A DNA stretch of 20,000 bases from Sphingomonadaceae bacterium (GTDB lineage: Bacteria; Chloroflexota; UBA6077). Location: assembly GCA_050261575.1 (NCBI GenBank), contig JBLNDL010000011.1, positions 110,539 to 130,538 of the forward strand, given 5' to 3'. Below the pieces are notes generated by a model that saw only the letters and a list, made by a program, of their open reading frames with translations, did no database searches and had not been told where the DNA came from. Every line of letters begins with the position of its first letter. Within the stretch, counting starts at the first letter, position 1. A program made the translations under genes and the position numbers. Below, piece after piece: positions 1 through 10,249 of this stretch.

Positions 1-516
<516 letters not shown>

Positions 517-2484
517 CTATGGGGTGCCGATGGGCGTCACTCCCCGTGGATGAAGCGCAAAGGGTCGGTAGGCCGTGCCTCCACCACGCAGAAACTTCGT
601 GAAGAACTCGTAGTACTCCAGCCTCAAAGCCTGGATACCCACTATCAGACCCTCTAGCGCCAGGATCACGAGGTTCCCCAAGAGCAGGACTCCCACCGAC
701 GCGCCGGGCAGGCCGTGCACCAACTCGGCCAGGGCGAAGACGGTGACTCCGAGCCCAACGTGGCCCAGGGCGAAGGCCCCGATCCTGAGAAAGGACACCG
801 TGTTGCTCGTGAGCCTGATCACCAAGTCGAAGGACTCCACCCCGGCTTGAATCAAGTAGGCCCCACCCACGCCCCCCTCCGACCGCCCCAAAGCCCGCGC
901 GATGGGGCCGTGCAGGAAGATGAGGACTAGAGGCACCCCCACCAGCGGCACGAGGATCCACGGTGCGAAGGCGTCGCCCGCAAACACGGCTAACCATCCC
1001 GTCGCTACCAGTCCCCAGTAGAGCCAGAGCCCCGCCAGGCCGTTCTGGCCAAGGAAGAACTCCACTCTGTCACGCCGCCTAAAGGCGCCGATGGCGCCGA
1101 AAACCAGCCCGACGCTGAGCACCACGGTCCCCAGGGCAACGGCCACGCCGATCAGCAAGAGTGGTTGCTCCATCGGACGAAGCCATAGCGCCGGAATCAC
1201 CTCCTCGGAGCCGAAGACGCTGCCGTAGAGCAGCCCGAATACCATCGCGGAGGCCCCGCAGGTGGCAAGGATCGGGCTCAGTCCTGCCAGTCCCCGGGCG
1301 ATGCGGCCCCTCGCCAGGGCGAGGCCCAGGAGCATCAGCACCGCCCCCTGGCCCAGATCGCCGAACATCGCACCAAAGATCAGAGCATAGAGAAGGGCGG
1401 CGATGGGCGTGGGGTCCAGGTCCCAGTAGTCGGGCAACCCGAAAGTGCGAGTCAGCCCCTCGAACGGGCGAAGCGGCGCGGGATTGGAGAGCGCCGTCGG
1501 GGCCGGGGGCTCGGATCCTTCCCCCTCGGGCTCCGGCTTCACCATGCTCAACGCCTCTCTCCCGCCGGTGGCGGTAGCCACCTCGGCGGCAAAGTCCCGG
1601 GCGCGAGCCTCCGGTATCCAGCCCGCCAGCAACCGAGTCCGCTCGGTTCGCCCCGCCTGGCTCCACAGGTTGACCACGCGGCCGTTGATGTCGAGGGCTC
1701 CACGAGCACGACGCAACTCCTCGCTCCACCTGTCGCCGAGCAGCCGCCGATCCCTGTCCACCCCCTCGATCTCACGGTCCACCTCGGCCTGTCTCACCCT
1801 CAGCTCGGCCAATGCCTCCGCGGGACTGCCCGTGAGTTCCGAAGGTATCTCCATCCGCTCGAGGTAGGCGCTCTGCAGCGTTCGGTCCAGCAGTCCGGCG
1901 ACCTCCTGTGGTGAGAACGCAAACACCAACTCGCGATCCCCCACCCTGCTGACTCGTACGATCAGATGCGGCACGTCTCGCAGGCTCTCCTCCAACCTGG
2001 GAAGGCTCGTCGCCGGCAGCAGGCCCGTCACGAGATGGACGAAGCGAAGGCTCCGCAGCCGTGCCAGATCCACCTCCAGCCGCTCGAGCAGCCGCAACTG
2101 AGCTTCCAGACCCAGCAGCCGCAGCCTCCGGGACTGCAGCTCGTGGCTTCGGTCCTCCAACTGCCTGACTTCCGGCTCCACTGAGCCCAGCAATCGGCGC
2201 ACCTGGTCGATGACCTCCTGAGGAGCAACGGGGACTCCCACCTCGGGCCCGTCCAGCGAAATCCCCAGCAACTCCGCTACACTGTCGATCCTCCGGTCCG
2301 CCGAGGCGTATTCGGCCGCCAGGGCGTCCATCTCCGCCCATTCCAGCGGAACCGCCCATGGCCCCAACTCCACGGCGTCTACCGGATGCAGCAGTGCAAT
2401 CTCCCCTATCCGCTCGCTCAGCGCTACCAGGTCTCGATCCAGGGCCAGCAGCTCGACCCGGACCATCGGTACCGGGGTAAGCAT
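517..2484 (-). CDS. atpI: V/A-type ATPase subunit I (a), about 655 aa
   Basis: Soluble coiled-coil N-terminus, then membrane domain with DPTP, FGAMFGDLGQG, SNTVSFLRIGAF (essential Arg) and IQALRLEYYEFFTKF. Start placed at ATG 2484, overlapping the subunit C stop (TGATG). Confidence 0.96.
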   Translation of the reverse strand: MLTPVPMVRVELLALDRDLVALSERIGEIALLHPVDAVELGPWAVPLEWAEMDALAAEYASADRRIDSVAELLGISLDGPEVGVPVAPQEVIDQVRRLLGSVEPEVRQLEDRSHELQSRRLRLLGLEAQLRLLERLEVDLARLRSLRFVHLVTGLLPATSLPRLEESLRDVPHLIVRVSRVGDRELVFAFSPQEVAGLLDRTLQSAYLERMEIPSELTGSPAEALAELRVRQAEVDREIEGVDRDRRLLGDRWSEELRRARGALDINGRVVNLWSQAGRTERTRLLAGWIPEARARDFAAEVATATGGREALSMVKPEPEGEGSEPPAPTALSNPAPLRPFEGLTRTFGLPDYWDLDPTPIAALLYALIFGAMFGDLGQGAVLMLLGLALARGRIARGLAGLSPILATCGASAMVFGLLYGSVFGSEEVIPALWLRPMEQPLLLIGVAVALGTVVLSVGLVFGAIGAFRRRDRVEFFLGQNGLAGLWLYWGLVATGWLAVFAGDAFAPWILVPLVGVPLVLIFLHGPIARALGRSEGGVGGAYLIQAGVESFDLVIRLTSNTVSFLRIGAFALGHVGLGVTVFALAELVHGLPGASVGVLLLGNLVILALEGLIVGIQALRLEYYEFFTKFLRGGGTAYRPFALHPRGVTPIGTP

Positions 2485-3539
2485 CAGGCGAGGCTCCACA
2501 ACATGGATACCGTCTCTTCGGCAGAGCGACCGTACCGCTTCGCCTCGAGGATCGCCCGCAGGTCGTGCACCTCCGCCTCCTTGAGCCCAACGAAGGCAAG
2601 CGCCACTCCAATCTGGAACGGGATCCCAAGCAGCGCCGATCGCGCCGCCGCCACCAGGTGGCGCTGGAGGATCGCCTCCGCGCCGCCCAGCGGATCGGGC
2701 AGGCTAGGAACCCCGGACAGCAGGGACCTGTAGGGCTCGGGAAGCGCGGCGACGACGGTATCGGCGGCATCGCCCAACGCCGCTCGCCGAATGACCTCGT
2801 CGGTCACCCGCCTGCCATACGGCAGGGTGTAGTTGAAGATCACCTCGGGCGGCAGCCGGTAGACGAGGCGGTATCTCATGATCCATTCGATATTGAGGGC
2901 ATCGTAACGGGTTCCCATCATCTGCTCGGCGATCCGTCGGTCCTGCCCCGGCAGCTCCTGGACGGCACCCCATAGGCGGCGGTAGTAGTGGAGGTCCAGC
3001 GCGACCTCGATGGGGAAGAGCGACCGTTCCGCAGCGAAACGGGGCATGGCAGCCCGGAGCACCGGACCGTAATGGTGCCAACCCAGAACTCGGGCCAACG
3101 CCTCCACGCCCTCGGCGCGCAGCAGATCCTCCGTTGGGAGATCGGAGAGCCTGCCCAGATGGACCAAGAGGGGGCGCACAGCCTCGGCGGACTCCCCCCG
3201 AGCCTTGGCCCGAATGATGGTCTTCAGGTTCTCGAGTTCCAGTCTCCTCCCGATCTCCACCATCAGGCGTCCCTGCGCTCCTCCGAGGATAGCTGCAGCG
3301 CGGAGGTAGTCGCCCACCAAGCTCGTGACCACGGACCTCTCTGCATCGGTCACGGATGCGCCCCTCTCCAGCAGTGCGCGGGCCATCTCGTTGTAGGCGG
3401 TGCCCAGCTGCAGTCTGAGCACCCCTTCCAGGTCTGGAGAGGCGGCCAGGCCACGCAACTGCGCAGGGGTCAGGAGCCGGGATATCATCCCCCGCAATTC
3501 GGCGTTGGGCCGGGAGTAGCGCAGGATCTGCAGGCTCAA
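2484..3539 (-). CDS. atpC: V/A-type ATPase subunit C (d)
   Basis: 351 aa; Y-x3-NA-x-LRGM-x-SRLL N-terminus, ELENLKTIIRAK, E-x2-LD-x2-YY and KEAEVHDLRAILEAKRY; between the G and I genes; TTG start with AGGTGAG RBS. Confidence 0.92.
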   Translation of the reverse strand: MSLQILRYSRPNAELRGMISRLLTPAQLRGLAASPDLEGVLRLQLGTAYNEMARALLERGASVTDAERSVVTSLVGDYLRAAAILGGAQGRLMVEIGRRLELENLKTIIRAKARGESAEAVRPLLVHLGRLSDLPTEDLLRAEGVEALARVLGWHHYGPVLRAAMPRFAAERSLFPIEVALDLHYYRRLWGAVQELPGQDRRIAEQMMGTRYDALNIEWIMRYRLVYRLPPEVIFNYTLPYGRRVTDEVIRRAALGDAADTVVAALPEPYRSLLSGVPSLPDPLGGAEAILQRHLVAAARSALLGIPFQIGVALAFVGLKEAEVHDLRAILEAKRYGRSAEETVSMLWSLA

Positions 3540-3907
3540 CTCACCTGCTTCCTTTGGCCGCGCGCGGCCGGCGAAACCTCCGGCAGCCCGAGCAGGCGAG
3601 CCATCGCGAAGGCAACTGCCTCGTCGATCCTCCGGCGGGCGGAGCGCTCCAGCTCGGCGATCTCCCGGTCCGATTCCGCCAGCCGTCGGTCACGCCCCCG
3701 CTCCGCCTCGGCCCTCGCCGCCGCCACCATCTCCTCGGCCTGCCGGGTTGCCTCGGCCAGCAATCGCTCCCGCAGCCGCCGCGCATCCTCGATGGCCCCC
3801 GCGCGAATCGCCCGCGCCTCCGCAGACGCTCGGTCGACCATCTCCCTCGCCTCGCGCTCGATGTCGAGCACCTCCTCCACGGCTCGCTGAACCTCTTCCT
3901 GCGCCAC
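3536..3907 (-). CDS. V/A-type ATPase peripheral stalk subunit G/H-like, 123 aa
   Basis: Charged A/E/R-rich helix (VEEVLDIEREAREMVDRASAEAR...). GTG at 3907 has an AAGGAG RBS; stop overlaps the subunit C TTG (TTGA). The 247-aa ORF-track version is over-extended. Confidence 0.8.
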   Translation of the reverse strand: MAQEEVQRAVEEVLDIEREAREMVDRASAEARAIRAGAIEDARRLRERLLAEATRQAEEMVAAARAEAERGRDRRLAESDREIAELERSARRRIDEAVAFAMARLLGLPEVSPAARGQRKQVS

Positions 3908-3927
3908 GGCCTCTCCTTCCAGTGCCT

Positions 3928-5022
3928 CTACGATGCCTTGGAGCGCCGCGCCCGACGAGCCCGCTCCAACACCCAGAGCTCCGCCCCCTCCACGGCACGC
4001 ACCTCGCCCAGTCCCTCGCCGTTCATCAGGATGTGTGCCCCGAGAGAGTCGAAGTGGAAGCGCATCTGGTGAAGCCCCCGCTCGCCCAGACGTCGGGCCA
4101 CCTCGGGCTGTCGGTCGGGCGGGCAGCACAGCAACAGAAACCCCCCACCACCGGCCCCGGTGACCTTGCCGCCCAGCGCTCCGGCATCCCTGGCCACCCG
4201 GTAGGACTCGTCGATGGATTCGTTCGTCACCGCGGGCGCCAGCCGCTTCTTCATCTCCCATCCGCGGTCGAGCAGCCACCCCACCGCAGCCAGATCGCCC
4301 CTCTCCAGTTCTACCCGCATCTCGAGAGCCATCTCCTTTATGGCGTGGAGGGACTTGAGCACCACCCGCTCTCCCCGACGGGTCGACTCCCGCTGCTGTC
4401 TCAAGATCGTGGAAGAGCTTCGGGAGCTACCCATGAAGAAGAGCATCAGATGGCCCTCCAGTTCGCGCGTCCTCTCGGGCGACAGCCTGAGCGGCTCGAC
4501 TGTGGTGCCCTCTGCGGTGAAGGTGATCACGTTCAGTCCGCCGAATGCCGAGGCGTATTGGTCCTGCTTGCCGATGGGCATGCCCAGTCGCTCGATCTCC
4601 AGGTGAGAGGCCAGCTCGGACAGCTCGTGGCGTGAGACGGGTCTCCCCTGCTTGGCTGCCAGCGCCAGGCTGAGGCACACCGCCGCCGCACTCGACGAGC
4701 CGAGCCCAGTTCCTGGCGGAATCTCGGACGCCAAGAAAACCTCGTGGCCCGGCGGCAGGCCGAAGTGATCGATCACGGCCTTGGGGAGGGCCAGGTTGCC
4801 ATCCCACACCAGATCCTGGACCGCCTCCTGGAGGTGGAAGGTTCCGTAGTTCGCGGAGATCAACTGGAGGCTCTGGGAGTCGCTCTCGGAGATGACCGTG
4901 TAGAAGTACTTGTCTATGGCGGCGCTGACCACCATCCCACCGTACTTCGAGTAGTATGCTTCGAGGTCGGTGCCTCCTCCCGCGAAGCTGATTCGCATCG
5001 GCGCTCTGGCGATCAGCGGCAA
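3928..5022 (-). CDS. hddA: GHMP-family sugar kinase, D-glycero-alpha-D-manno-heptose-7-phosphate kinase-like
   Basis: RAPMRISFAGGGTD, PPGTGLGSSSA, GKQDQYASAFGGLN and GGKVTGAGGGGF motifs typical of HddA/GHMP kinases; GGAGG RBS before TTG. Confidence 0.85.
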   Translation of the reverse strand: MPLIARAPMRISFAGGGTDLEAYYSKYGGMVVSAAIDKYFYTVISESDSQSLQLISANYGTFHLQEAVQDLVWDGNLALPKAVIDHFGLPPGHEVFLASEIPPGTGLGSSSAAAVCLSLALAAKQGRPVSRHELSELASHLEIERLGMPIGKQDQYASAFGGLNVITFTAEGTTVEPLRLSPERTRELEGHLMLFFMGSSRSSSTILRQQRESTRRGERVVLKSLHAIKEMALEMRVELERGDLAAVGWLLDRGWEMKKRLAPAVTNESIDESYRVARDAGALGGKVTGAGGGGFLLLCCPPDRQPEVARRLGERGLHQMRFHFDSLGAHILMNGEGLGEVRAVEGAELWVLERARRARRSKAS

Positions 5023-5059
5023 CTCTCCACCTCCTTCCTGCCAAGCCCTGGGTGCTGAG

Positions 5060-5082
5060 GACTGAGGATTCGGTCCTCAGTC
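5060..5082. repeat. Short hairpin built from heptamer-like repeats
   Basis: GACTGAGGA-TTCGG-TCCTCAGTC; on the minus strand it continues as TCCTCAG TCCTCAG CACCCAG; just downstream of the SDR stop. Confidence 0.55.
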
Positions 5083-5085
5083 TGC

Positions 5086-5814
5086 CTACGGCCACGAGGT
5101 CTCCGTCAACGGGGTGACGATCACCTCCTGGATGGAGCTCTCCTCTGGCTGCGTCAGGACGAACAGGATCACCCTGGCCACGTTGGCGGGATCCTGGAGG
5201 TTGGACGGGTCGGGCGGCGGATCGAGCCTGTCGAAGAAGTGGGTGCGCATCCCGCCGGGCACGAGGGCGGTGGCCCTTATCCTGTGAGGGCGGCCCTCCA
5301 CCCCCAGGGCGTGGGTGAACCCCATCAGCCCCCACTTGGAGGCGTGGTAGGCCGACGCGTTGGCCCACGCCCGCTTCGCCGCCGTGGAGGCCACGTTGAC
5401 GATGTGGCCACCCCCTTGCGCCTGCATGATGGGGAATACGGCTTTGGCGAAGAGAAACGCCCCGCGCAGATTGACACCGATCACCCGATCCCACTGCTCT
5501 ACAGTCATCTCCGTGATCGGGAGCACGTGGTCGGTTCCCGCGTTGTTGATCAGGTAGTCGATGCGGCCGTAGCTCCTGAGCACGGACTCCACCGTGCTCC
5601 GGACCTGCCCGGCGTCGCTGACGTCCGCCACGAGCGCCATCGCGCTGCCCCCTGCCTCCCGAACTCCGGCGGCCACGACCTCGGCCCTACCCGCGTTCAA
5701 GTCCACCACTGCCACGGCCGCACCCGCCCGGGCGAGTGCAAGGGCCGTCGCCTCCCCGAGTCCGCTGGCCGCTCCCGTGACGACGGCCACTCTGCCTCGC
5801 AGCGAGTTGTCCAT
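5086..5814 (-). CDS. Classical short-chain dehydrogenase/reductase (SDR)
   Basis: 242 aa; TGAASGLG, NNAG, catalytic S and YHASK; AGGAGG RBS. Confidence 0.93.
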   Translation of the reverse strand: MDNSLRGRVAVVTGAASGLGEATALALARAGAAVAVVDLNAGRAEVVAAGVREAGGSAMALVADVSDAGQVRSTVESVLRSYGRIDYLINNAGTDHVLPITEMTVEQWDRVIGVNLRGAFLFAKAVFPIMQAQGGGHIVNVASTAAKRAWANASAYHASKWGLMGFTHALGVEGRPHRIRATALVPGGMRTHFFDRLDPPPDPSNLQDPANVARVILFVLTQPEESSIQEVIVTPLTETSWP

Positions 5815-6038
5815 CAGTCCTGCCTCCTGTTCCTCTCCTCCTGCACCGTGCCCTGCCAGGGCAGCGAGGGCGAGCCCGGCGTCCCAAAGCGGGGCGGGGC
5901 CTCGTGCCTCGCCGCCCGGTCCTGCAGCCCTACGCCACCAGCCGCGGAGTCCGGGCTATCCCAACCCCGATGGTCGATAGCGTCTTCGCCAGCGTTGGTG
6001 ACACCGCCGCCTCCAGGATCATCACCGGTGAGTGTCAT
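5814..6038 (-). CDS. Possible small hypothetical protein (74 aa) between GT2 and SDR
   Basis: Fills the whole gap; ATG overlaps the GT2 3' end and the stop overlaps the SDR ATG (TGATG). Low complexity, no recognisable motif. Confidence 0.35.
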   Translation of the reverse strand: MTLTGDDPGGGGVTNAGEDAIDHRGWDSPDSAAGGVGLQDRAARHEAPPRFGTPGSPSLPWQGTVQEERNRRQD

Positions 6039-6861
6039 CCCCGGAGTCCCCCACCAACCGCTGGAAGAGTGAGGTGGCGTTCACCTCCCTGTTGGGGACC
6101 AGAGTGGGCAGCTCCAGATGGTAGGTGCCGCTCGGCAGGATGCCACACCCGCCGTACTTCCTCAGTAGCAGCAGTTGCGCCAGCACCTCCTCGCCAGCAT
6201 GCTGGTCGGGGAGCTGGTCCCACCAGGAGAAGCCCCCCACGTCCAGCAGCTTCTTCCGGTCGTACAGCACGTTGGCTCCGCCGACCCAGGCCACCTTGTA
6301 GCGCACCACTTCCCCACCCTTCACCAGCATCTCAGCCAGGTGGAGGGGGTTGGCCGCGTTGTTCACTTTGTGCCTGTCCCATGGGATCCGATCCCAATCG
6401 AAGGGCTCCGGCTTCACAGGACCCTCCCACAGGTCGATGTTGTGCTGCCACGGCCGGAAATCATCCAGGTAGCTGAGGCCGGTCGCAGCGCATCCGACGA
6501 AACCGATCCGCTCCTGCTGCATTACCCTCAGCATCCGCTCCATCGTCTCCGGCTCCAGCAGGACGTCATCGTCCAAGAAGTGCACGTAGTCCGCCTCGCT
6601 CTGGCTCAGCAGAAAGTGCCGGTGCTCCGCGAGGCCACGCCTGGGCAGGTGCCTGAAGCTTCTGACCCGGCGACCCCGATACCGGAAGGCTAGCATCAGC
6701 GTGCGGATCTCCTGGGACTCAAGCATCCCCTCGTCGTCTCCCTGGTCGGAGATGACGAGGTCGAACTCCCGAAAGGTCTGGCCGAACAGGCTGGCCAGGA
6801 CAACAGCGAGCCCGGTCTTCCTCCCTCCGCTGGGGATCAACACTTCGACCGTCGGGCTCAT
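6022..6861 (-). CDS. Glycosyltransferase family 2 (GT-A fold), 279 aa
   Basis: VEVLIPS, LVISDQ, FLDDDVLL (DxD), GGF and GEE motifs; start placed at ATG 6861, downstream of the GT4 stop. Confidence 0.88.
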   Translation of the reverse strand: MSPTVEVLIPSGGRKTGLAVVLASLFGQTFREFDLVISDQGDDEGMLESQEIRTLMLAFRYRGRRVRSFRHLPRRGLAEHRHFLLSQSEADYVHFLDDDVLLEPETMERMLRVMQQERIGFVGCAATGLSYLDDFRPWQHNIDLWEGPVKPEPFDWDRIPWDRHKVNNAANPLHLAEMLVKGGEVVRYKVAWVGGANVLYDRKKLLDVGGFSWWDQLPDQHAGEEVLAQLLLLRKYGGCGILPSGTYHLELPTLVPNREVNATSLFQRLVGDSGDDTHR

Positions 6862-6880
6862 CCCGCCCGCATCCCCCTCC

Positions 6881-8227
6881 CTATGCTGGCCTCTTCCTGG
6901 CCGGCTCATCCGTGGCCACGCTCACCCTACTCGGGAGCGGGCCGATGTCGTGGCCGTTGTGCGGAATCCGCTTTCCGTCGCGATGAACCCTGAGCATCGA
7001 CTCGTACAGCTCCGCGGTGCGCTCCCCAACCTTCCGCCACGTGAAGAGCCTCTCCACCCTGGCCCTGGCCGCCCTGCCCATCCGGCGGGCCAGCGAGCGG
7101 TCCACCTGCAGACGCTCCATCTGCCGCGCGAGGGCCGCGGGGTCCCGCGCCGGGACCAGCAGGCCCGTCTCGCCGTCCGCCACGGTGAACTTGATGCCGC
7201 CCACGTCGGAGCCGATCACCGGCGTCCCGCATGCCATCGCCTCGAGCGGCGTGAGCCCGAATGGCTCGTACCAGGGGGTCGTGACGGCTACGTCGGCGGC
7301 GGAGTAGTAGTACTTCAGCCGGTCTTGCGCCCGTTTGCCGGTGAAGGTCACCCGGTCCCGCACCCCGTGCAGAGTGGCCATGTCGGCCAGCCGGCGGATC
7401 TCGGGGGTCTGCATAGGATCCCCGTCGATGGTCTCGCCGCCCACGATCACGAGACGCATGGGAACCTCGCTGCGCGCCGCCAGTCCGGTGAAGGCAAGCA
7501 GGACGTTGTCTATCCCCTTCCGCGGAAGCACGCGTCCGACGTAGACGACGATCCACTCGTTGGGGTCAAACCCCAGATCCTGCCTCGCCTTCTCCCTCGG
7601 CACCGGTCGGAAGACCTCGACGTCGACGGCAGAGGGGATCACCTCGATCTTGGACGGATCGGCGTCGTAGAGGGTCACCAGCTCGTGCATCTCGTTGGGG
7701 CACTGTGCGATGATCCGATCCGCATCATCGATGACCCCGTATTCCACCACCACCCGCTCCTCCGGACTTGTGTCGGCGTCCCCCTGGTGCACACGCTTCA
7801 CCTTGCCGAGGGCGTGAAAGATCTCCACCACCGGAACGTCCAGGATCGGCTTCACCTGGCAGGCAACCCAGCCCGACATCCAGAAGTTGGCGTGGATCAG
7901 GTCGTAGTCCTCCGAGTTGCTGCGGGCGTACTCCAGGAATCGGTCGCGGAACCGAGGCATGAACACCCACATCGGGTCCTTCTTGATGAAGCGGGGCGGC
8001 CCCGCCCGAAGGTGCACCACCCGGACCCCGGGCGCCCACTCCGTCTCGTCTGGAAGCTCCTCGCTGTCGCGCCGGGTGAAGACGTCGACCTCGAACCCGA
8101 GGGCCGCCACATGCCTGCTCACCTGGTCGACGTACACGTTCTGTCCCCCGGCATCCTCGCTGCCCAGCAACGCGACCGGGTTGGCATGCTCGCTAAGCAT
8201 CGCGATCCGCCCTTTGATCCGCGCCAT
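6881..8227 (-). CDS. Glycosyltransferase family 4 (MshA/sucrose-synthase-like GT-B)
   Basis: 448 aa; SEHANP..DAGGQNVYV, HANFWMSG, YVGR..PRKG and YEPFGLTPLEAMACGTPV. Confidence 0.93.
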   Translation of the reverse strand: MARIKGRIAMLSEHANPVALLGSEDAGGQNVYVDQVSRHVAALGFEVDVFTRRDSEELPDETEWAPGVRVVHLRAGPPRFIKKDPMWVFMPRFRDRFLEYARSNSEDYDLIHANFWMSGWVACQVKPILDVPVVEIFHALGKVKRVHQGDADTSPEERVVVEYGVIDDADRIIAQCPNEMHELVTLYDADPSKIEVIPSAVDVEVFRPVPREKARQDLGFDPNEWIVVYVGRVLPRKGIDNVLLAFTGLAARSEVPMRLVIVGGETIDGDPMQTPEIRRLADMATLHGVRDRVTFTGKRAQDRLKYYYSAADVAVTTPWYEPFGLTPLEAMACGTPVIGSDVGGIKFTVADGETGLLVPARDPAALARQMERLQVDRSLARRMGRAARARVERLFTWRKVGERTAELYESMLRVHRDGKRIPHNGHDIGPLPSRVSVATDEPARKRPA

Positions 8228-8231
8228 GCGC

Positions 8232-9209
8232 CTATTCCCCCTGACCTTCAGTTGCAGCCCTCGAGTTCCCCATCACCAGGGCGAAGGCTCTCTCCCAGTC
8301 TCGGCAGAAGCGCTCGATAGAGAAGCGCTCGCGGTAGATCTCCCGAGACCTCCGGCCCATCCTTGTCGCCTCACGTCGGTCAGACAGCAGTCGCAGCATC
8401 GCCTCCGTCAGGTAGTCGAGATCGTTGGACACGAAGCCGTTCCGCCCGTCCTCCACCACCGTCGGCACCTCCGTCGTCGCCAGGGCGACGATGGGCATCC
8501 CAACGGCCATCGCCTCCACCAGGGCCAACGGCAGGCTGGTGTACCGGATCGGGTTGAAGAAGAAGCGGTAGCGAGCCTCCACCTGGAGCAGATCGACGTG
8601 GGGAATGTCGCCCAGCCCCCCCAGCTCCTCGGATTCCATGCCGACTAGCTGCAAGGGGACACGACGCCGCATCTGCTCCCACACGTCGTAGCCCGCGATC
8701 CTGTTGCGCCGCTTCAGCCCGTTCACCACCACGACTCCCTGGTCCAGATCTCCCACGTACCGGACATCCTCGTCCAGTGCCACTCCGTGCTCGATCACCA
8801 TCGTCGGGCACCGCCCCGAGTCCCACATCATCCGGTTGAAGTGGGTAACGTGCACCAGCAGCACGTTCGGGTCGTCCACAGGATGCTTCGTGTCGGTCGG
8901 GTGCCCCTTTGGAGTGTTGTGCTCCAGGTAGATCCTGGGGAGCGTTCGCTGCGCCTCCGAGAGGACCTCGTACTGGTCCTCCAGATAGTTCTTGGGCGTC
9001 TGGTGTATCACCAGGTCCAGCTTCAGCGACCTCACCTCCTCGGCCGGCACCTCGTAGACGTTCGCCGGCCACCGGAAGGTCCACCCCTTCCCTCCATACC
9101 CCTCTGGTCGATCCGGCTTGACCGGCAGGAAGAAGTTGGCTCTGGCGCGGACTATGTAGTTCAGATAGCTTCCGTGAACATGCCAAATCAGTACGTTTGG
9201 AACGCCCAT
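8232..9209 (-). CDS. Glycosyltransferase family 4 (GT-B), 325 aa
   Basis: From ATG 9209: WHVHGSYL, FFNPIRYTSLPLALVEAMAVGMPIV and FSIERF; overlaps the upstream GT9 stop. The first 200 aa of the ORF-track version are shadow of the GT9 gene. Confidence 0.9.
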   Translation of the reverse strand: MGVPNVLIWHVHGSYLNYIVRARANFFLPVKPDRPEGYGGKGWTFRWPANVYEVPAEEVRSLKLDLVIHQTPKNYLEDQYEVLSEAQRTLPRIYLEHNTPKGHPTDTKHPVDDPNVLLVHVTHFNRMMWDSGRCPTMVIEHGVALDEDVRYVGDLDQGVVVVNGLKRRNRIAGYDVWEQMRRRVPLQLVGMESEELGGLGDIPHVDLLQVEARYRFFFNPIRYTSLPLALVEAMAVGMPIVALATTEVPTVVEDGRNGFVSNDLDYLTEAMLRLLSDRREATRMGRRSREIYRERFSIERFCRDWERAFALVMGNSRAATEGQGE

Positions 9210-10249
9210 CGCTCCACCACAGCCAGCGCAGCCTCCACCACCTGATCGACCGAGATGGCGGTGATGGGATTGCCGGGCCCCGACCAGACAGCCGCGTGGG
9301 ATCTCGTATCCAGGGGCGCCCACCTGTTCGGATCGGTCGGCCCGAAAAGCACCACGCTGGGGACGCCGAGGGCTGCCGCCAAGTGGGAGATCCCGGTATC
9401 GTTCGTGACCAAGAGCTGCATGCGCGACACCAGGGCCGCCACAGCCCCGATGGAGGTCCTGCCGGTCGCCACTCGGGCATCCACGGCGCGCAGGGCCACG
9501 GCCACCCGCCGGGCGATGTCCAACTCCTCTCGGGTGCCGGTGATCACCACCTGGGCACCCGACTCTCCGGCGAGCCGGTCGGCCACCCGGGCAAACCGCT
9601 CCGGCGGCCACCGCTTCGCCGCGTCCCTCCCGCCCGGGTGCAGCCCGATCACCGGCCTGCCCAAGTCGATGCCGCACTCGCTGGCCACCCGCTCCGCCTC
9701 CATCCAGTCCTCGGGAAGAAGGGGGAACTCCAGTTCCGGAGCACCGATCGCCCCCACCACGTTCACCAGCCGCAACCACCGCCGGATCTCGTGGTCGCTC
9801 CTCGACCATGGCAGCTCGACGTCCAGTTGCCGCCGATCCATCCCGTCGCCGGGGCCGTAACCCAGGCTAGCCCTCGCGCCCAGCCGGGCCACGAAGCCGT
9901 TGCTCAGTCGGCCGTCCCCGTGCATCTGGATCGCCAGGTCGTAGCGGCAGCGGTACGCCTCCGCCAGGAACTCCTCCGTCCGCGACCGATCCCAGGCGAC
10001 CCCCTCCAACCCCTGATAGCCGGGGAACTCCAGGAAGCGATCCACGCAGGGGTACCGCTCCAGGACATCTCGCGTCCAGCGCAGGCCGATGAGGGTCACC
10101 TCGGCATCAGGGAACCGATCCTTCAGCGCCCGCAACGCGGGCACCGAGCAGAGGTAGTCCCCGAGATGCAGGGCTCGGAAGACCGCGATCCGCTCCACCC
10201 CGGAGACCTCCAATGATGGCCCGCCACGGAGGCCGGCCGATAGGTCCAT
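9188..10249 (-). CDS. Glycosyltransferase family 9 (heptosyltransferase-like), 353 aa
   Basis: RALHLGDYLCSVPALRALK, LHPGG..KRWP and NDTGISHLAAALGVPSVVLFGPT; GGAGG RBS; ATG overlaps the upstream TGA. Confidence 0.92.
   Translation of the reverse strand: MDLSAGLRGGPSLEVSGVERIAVFRALHLGDYLCSVPALRALKDRFPDAEVTLIGLRWTRDVLERYPCVDRFLEFPGYQGLEGVAWDRSRTEEFLAEAYRCRYDLAIQMHGDGRLSNGFVARLGARASLGYGPGDGMDRRQLDVELPWSRSDHEIRRWLRLVNVVGAIGAPELEFPLLPEDWMEAERVASECGIDLGRPVIGLHPGGRDAAKRWPPERFARVADRLAGESGAQVVITGTREELDIARRVAVALRAVDARVATGRTSIGAVAALVSRMQLLVTNDTGISHLAAALGVPSVVLFGPTDPNRWAPLDTRSHAAVWSGPGNPITAISVDQVVEAALAVVERWAFQTY

Noticed and set aside
3923..3939. GG-N10-GC motif just upstream of the ATPase G gene
   Set aside because: AGGCATC-GTAG-AGGC matches both boxes poorly, and the start site would fall within the RBS.
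5086..5814. SDR as HldD (ADP-heptose 6-epimerase)
   Set aside because: It is a 242-aa classical SDR (TGxxxGxG, NNAG), not an extended SDR epimerase of about 310 aa.
6881..8227. Calling this gene mshA (mycothiol synthesis)
   Set aside because: It shares GT4 subfamily motifs, but the context is a heptose/GT cluster with no mycothiol genes.
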